From assembly GCA_017502435.1 (NCBI GenBank), contig JAFVUZ010000028.1, positions 1 through 61,101 of the forward strand: a stretch of 61,101 nt of DNA. The letters are read 5' to 3'. This DNA is from Lentisphaeria bacterium (lineage in GTDB: Bacteria; Verrucomicrobiota; Lentisphaeria; Victivallales; Victivallaceae). Shown here in pieces: positions 58,301 through 61,101 of the stretch. The first letter of the stretch is position 1, and every line of letters begins with the position of its first letter. A model generated the notes under the pieces. That model searched no databases, was not told the origin of the DNA, and saw nothing but the letters and a program-made list of their open reading frames with translations. Made by a program: the position numbers and the translations under genes.

Positions 58301-59268
58301 ACCGCAATTCTTTTACTTACGGCTGTCTCAATTCAAAGAGTTTCTTTGATTTCAAAATATACAGCATGAGAAATAAACTTATTGACGGTGTCAAATATAA
58401 GCAATCCGACATAAAAAATCTCTATTTCGACCTCGCATGGGCAAAAAACTGCAACAACAAAGTTCACGGCTGTTCATACAAAGATGCTTTCGGAGATAAC
58501 GTAAATGATACCGATTTGCTGAAACTCCGTGAGTATTACCTGCGTGTGTACCGTATGTTGAAAAAGAAAAATCCCGACGGCATTTTCTGGGGACATCTCT
58601 TTACTGCCAGAACTCCGGCTGATGTTTTCTTTGATTTTGTCAGTATGGGAGAAATGTATGACAACAAAGTTTACAAACAAAAGTCATATTACAATGTTTT
58701 GTCTCCGGAACTCATGCGTATCGCATACGGCACAAGAACCAACGAAATGTGTATGTCTCTGATTCCGCAGTTCCTGCGTTCTCTGGAATGTTTTGCACCT
58801 GAAAATGTCAGAACATGGGATCCCTTCCTGCCGGAAAATGACCGTGCAGTCAGACATTATATGGCGTATTGTTCAATCTTCAATATGGATCATGTTTTCA
58901 GTGTATGGCTGAAAGGACAGAGACTTGCTCCCGACGATAAAGCTCAGGTGGCAGTTTACAACAAAAATATGTCTTTGCTCGGACTTGACCGTTCATATTC
59001 CAGAGATTGCGTTATTGCACCTGCCAATCCCAATATCCTCGCCTGTACATTTGACGGCAATGGTAAAATGGTTGTCATTGTTTTGAACGATACTGATACT
59101 CAAAATACCGTAACTGTAAAGATTCCTGAAAATTTGCAGAAAGAATTTGCAAATGCTTACGGAAATGATATCTTTAAGAAAACAAAACATTCTCTGGTCA
59201 ATGGAACTTTGAAAATCACCCTCGACAAGAGAGAGTCTGCAACTATTTTATTTGAAAAAGCAAAATGA
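55363..59268 (+). CDS. giant secreted protein: LamG/concanavalin-like domain + CBM9-like domain + large uncharacterised C-terminal region (putative glycoside hydrolase)
   Basis: Signal peptide MKTKLFFAAASAMMAMHLAGA. LamG-like block (VSMWVKP...WHHIAATWNKDNFSLYIDGKL...LDEVKIYDKTL). CBM9-like block (TDGVIKKNEYS...WDDNNFYFAV...EDSIELYL...FNIARNF). Confidence 0.8.
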   Translation: MKTKLFFAAASAMMAMHLAGADPTIYISFDKTAQADFGGTANSRTTVAGLRDAIGVKPVLRVKKGKKGQKYQADTFLQPGIKGKAFPVGETSTGEILTLVYKINPKLPAANGTVSMWVKPVTWDGKSLAQHHLFSGRNGNHWLFLYKYGNVRDFLGYYGTYTEKNQTTVRSAVNSWKKGEWHHIAATWNKDNFSLYIDGKLRKHSMMKAILKDDFAEIVLGEHWAGKPGQTLLDEVKIYDKTLTPDEINAEYESLKSNLASSGRADVEISVSKTTPTTDGVIKKNEYSAVIGGMRDLKKKNNFATSQSISHYAWDDNNFYFAVISPAVKKNEYLAGRDSEVFTEDSIELYLKSDALYQFIINPRGTVYDSRNSDSKWNCSTIATSGKFVGPNWIIEGRIPWKEINFKPQDNAELKFNIARNFADTKNFTHISSSRTSFGEEKGFGKIILKKNIPFYDFSQLGKLHASTGDAKLLINSAKKQQVQIKYNVDASMFAINIDQKLPLDAGKTFQHNIKRRLPADSTLFYSVDTSVDGPLYYLRMDYQSPESLKLWYIHTDLANKKLFFNFRNNRLGEGKCTIQLDMVSNDGKKVLSESVKINDAKIVESVSFDIANIPSGYYFLNYKLIDPAGKVYVSDKEEYSIFHNGAPWDNIQDGLEDTLVPPWTPIKSEGSRFECWNRSVVLGGSGLISNIKSAGAEMLRQPVILKVNGESIPFKAEFVNKNNTRANYILKSTVASVPLEFNVYCEFDGFMYFTGKFTKEFAVKNIDLVIPLKRQYADAFDDCASCYYKTSLKKDGLNISLNAFINQFFWCGGDKVGIMGGTANKRGWHVKEKAQSMNIKTSKDEVMLKLSIVDSQFKAKAGHFFAFYLQPTPVKPKNNKFRGAQERYNVIIGGQSHRFYEFDVPGYYDTFWKWIHHRVRADKRNTVEKMQYYSYTAPKGVSPMSPIWNYYCTDWVNPPPGLGQYSADNPDIAKRASRNRNSFTYGCLNSKSFFDFKIYSMRNKLIDGVKYKQSDIKNLYFDLAWAKNCNNKVHGCSYKDAFGDNVNDTDLLKLREYYLRVYRMLKKKNPDGIFWGHLFTARTPADVFFDFVSMGEMYDNKVYKQKSYYNVLSPELMRIAYGTRTNEMCMSLIPQFLRSLECFAPENVRTWDPFLPENDRAVRHYMAYCSIFNMDHVFSVWLKGQRLAPDDKAQVAVYNKNMSLLGLDRSYSRDCVIAPANPNILACTFDGNGKMVVIVLNDTDTQNTVTVKIPENLQKEFANAYGNDIFKKTKHSLVNGTLKITLDKRESATILFEKAK

Positions 59269-60923
59269 ATTCTGAAAATAAAAAATTAGAAATCAATCAG
59301 GTTCGAATGAACGGTCCGCTTGGAAAAGCGTTGACCGTTTCAGTCAGCAACAGATTGAAAAAGATCAATTATACTGAATTGGTTGATCCTTTCCGCTTCC
59401 GCAGCGAAACAGATTTCAAATGGCGTTGCGAATTCTGGGGCAAAATTGTTCGTTCCGCTATTCTTGCATGGAAATATGCTCCGGATGATGAACTTCTTGC
59501 AATTATTAAAGCAACCGTAAAAGATATTATTTCAACTCAGACTCCCGACGGCTGCATAAGTTCATATCCCGCAGACAAACAGCTCGGCGGCTGGGATGTC
59601 TGGGGTAGAAAATATGTTCTTGCAGGACTGTTGCGGTATTATGAAGTGATTGAAAAATCTCCTGAAGTCCTTAATGCCTGCTGCAAAATGACAGATCATC
59701 TGCTTTCGCAGATCGGTAATGGCAATATTGTCGATATGGGGGAACATTTCGGTCTCGCTTCGGCAAGTATTTTGAAGTATATTGTCAAACTTTACAAGTA
59801 TTCCGGCAACAGAAAATATCTTGAGTCTGCCGAAAAAATAATCGCTGCCGGTGCAACTCATCTGCACAATATTTTTGAAGATGCTGCCGATGATGTTCTT
59901 CCCGCAGAACTTGCCAACGGTAAAGCGTATGAAATGACTTCATGTTTTGAAGGACTTGCCGAATATTACAATCTTTTCCCCGAAGATAAACACCTTCAGG
60001 CAATTTTGAATTATTACAAAAATGTCCGTGACAATGAAATTTATATCACAGGAACGGGCGGCTTCAAGGATTTTAACGGTGAATTCTGGTATAACGGTGC
60101 ATGGCGGCAGACATGGCTGCATGGCGGCGGCATGGGGGAAACCTGCGTGACGACCACATGGCTGCATTATTGTCAGTATATTCTGGAATTGACCGCAGAT
60201 TCAGCTGTTGCGGATGAAATGGAACTTTCCGCATACAACGCACTTCTCGGTGCAATGAAAGTTGACGGTACAAACTGGATTCACCGCAATCCGACACCGC
60301 TTGCCGCTCCCGCCTTCAAAATTGCTTCAAAACCGCAAATGGATGATTTCGGCGACCATGACTGCTGTCTGGCCCAGGGGCCTGAAGGATTGGCAACTGC
60401 TGTAAATAGTGCGTTTTCGGCAAAAGATAAACTTTTTGTCAATTTTTATGAAGATGCAGAAATTGATTTTTCGGTGCAGAATTGCAATGTCAGTATGACG
60501 ATTTCCGGAAATTACCCGTCTCAAAACAGCGTGAAAATCAAATTTGCCGCAGATGCAAAAGCATATTTCACTCTGGCACTGCGTATTCCCGCATGGTCGG
60601 AAAATACAGTTGTTAAATTAAACGGCAAAACCTTCACTCCTGAAAAAGGCAAATATTTTGAGCTTGCTGAAAAATGGAGTTCTGAATCCGAAATTGAAAT
60701 AATTTTTGATATGAAACTTCAAAAAATCACGGCTCCCGGAAATGCGGATTTTCATGCGTTCAAATACGGACCTTTTGTCCTTGCTCATGACTCAAGAGAT
60801 GCTGAAGTTTTACGGAGCAAATCTCTTTTCATGACAGAAACAGACGGAATAAATTTCTGTGATTATGCAACAAGCGGCAATGATTTTTCTCCGGAAAATA
60901 CTTTGCAGGTCTGGTTTGAGTAA
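59265..60923 (+). CDS. glycoside hydrolase family 127-like (beta-L-arabinofuranosidase, DUF1680)
   Basis: GETC (Glu/Cys of the zinc site) and HDCCLAQGPEG (Cys-Cys pair) match the GH127 Cys3-Glu zinc / cysteine-nucleophile arrangement. ATGA overlap with the preceding gene. Confidence 0.8.
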   Translation: MNSENKKLEINQVRMNGPLGKALTVSVSNRLKKINYTELVDPFRFRSETDFKWRCEFWGKIVRSAILAWKYAPDDELLAIIKATVKDIISTQTPDGCISSYPADKQLGGWDVWGRKYVLAGLLRYYEVIEKSPEVLNACCKMTDHLLSQIGNGNIVDMGEHFGLASASILKYIVKLYKYSGNRKYLESAEKIIAAGATHLHNIFEDAADDVLPAELANGKAYEMTSCFEGLAEYYNLFPEDKHLQAILNYYKNVRDNEIYITGTGGFKDFNGEFWYNGAWRQTWLHGGGMGETCVTTTWLHYCQYILELTADSAVADEMELSAYNALLGAMKVDGTNWIHRNPTPLAAPAFKIASKPQMDDFGDHDCCLAQGPEGLATAVNSAFSAKDKLFVNFYEDAEIDFSVQNCNVSMTISGNYPSQNSVKIKFAADAKAYFTLALRIPAWSENTVVKLNGKTFTPEKGKYFELAEKWSSESEIEIIFDMKLQKITAPGNADFHAFKYGPFVLAHDSRDAEVLRSKSLFMTETDGINFCDYATSGNDFSPENTLQVWFE

Positions 60924-60950
60924 AAAATAAAGACTTTGTTTTAATTATTG

Positions 60951-60984
60951 CAAGGGGGCTCACCTCGCGGCGTGATCCCCCTTG
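60951..60984. repeat. G5/C5 hairpin downstream of GH127
   Basis: CAAGGGGG (60951-60958) / CCCCCTTG (60977-60984) with inner TCAC/GTGA pairing. No U-run follows. Confidence 0.6.
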
Positions 60985-61017
60985 TGATAAAAATCAGTCC
61001 GGAACTTTTTTTATAAC

Positions 61018-61101
61018 GCTCTATTCCCTTTAAGGGGAGATAATGAAATTAATTTTTTGAGAAAAAAATTGAGGGGTTTGGGGTATAGTGTTTTGCGTAA
61101 G
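61018..61101. repeat. partial second copy of the 34115-34427 element (runs off the window)
   Basis: GCTCTATTCCCTTTAAGGGGAGATAA (61018-61043) versus GCTCTATTCCCAATATGGGGAGATAA (34115-34140). A7-ATTGAGGGGTTTGGGGTATAGTGTTTTGCG (61062-61097) matches the reverse complement of 34362-34399. Confidence 0.6.

Overview
This 61.1-kb chromosomal segment appears to come from an AT-leaning PVC-superphylum bacterium, probably Lentisphaerota/Victivallales-like. That placement is an inference from two H-X9-DG 'DUF1559' pseudopilin-like paralogs, a host-glycan enzyme repertoire and the codon style; no search was run. I call about 47 protein genes and one tRNA-Ala(CGC). I see no rRNA, CRISPR array, integrase, transposase or recognisable defence genes.

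Most of the window is tightly packed housekeeping. It includes hpt, murA and rsmD-comM. One operon runs lipoprotein-folE-dtd-dxr-rseP-ispG-P-type ATPase, and another runs PpiD-like-speH-yihY-tgt-M50-xseA-trmO. The remaining housekeeping genes are pcnB-like, nadB, lnt, a polyprenyl synthase and a MacAB-like efflux system. Interspersed are glycan-foraging genes: a BNR/Asp-box sialidase-like protein, GH20, a heparinase II/III-like protein, an SGNH esterase, GH127 and two very large secreted proteins.

The items most worth a second look are:
1. A three-gene module occurs twice on opposite strands (5086-10830 and 53390-60923). Each copy has a GntR/sugar-binding-fold regulator, then an H-X9-DG pseudopilin-like protein, then a giant secreted glycan-binding or glycan-degrading protein. 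It looks like a PUL-like cassette built around a pseudopilin of unknown function.
2. One of those regulators carries an extra enzyme-like C-terminal domain of about 330 aa.
3. Directly after tRNA-Ala lies a dense array of the heptamer ATGAAGC/GCTTCAT, with 20-bp periodic units whose palindromic cores differ. A four-helix-bundle (Avd/IVS-type) gene, an orphan ORF and a truncated GIY-YIG gene follow it.
4. A family of hairpin-rich intergenic repeats is bounded by GCTCTRTTCC-type inverted termini. One member is a GC-rich structured element of about 313 bp between convergent genes.
5. An AdoMet-decarboxylase homologue is twice the normal length and looks like an internally duplicated pseudo-dimer.
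6. A 689-aa EF-hand, membrane-anchored protein of unknown function is coupled to lnt.

All functional calls rest on motifs read by eye and on family knowledge. No database search was possible.
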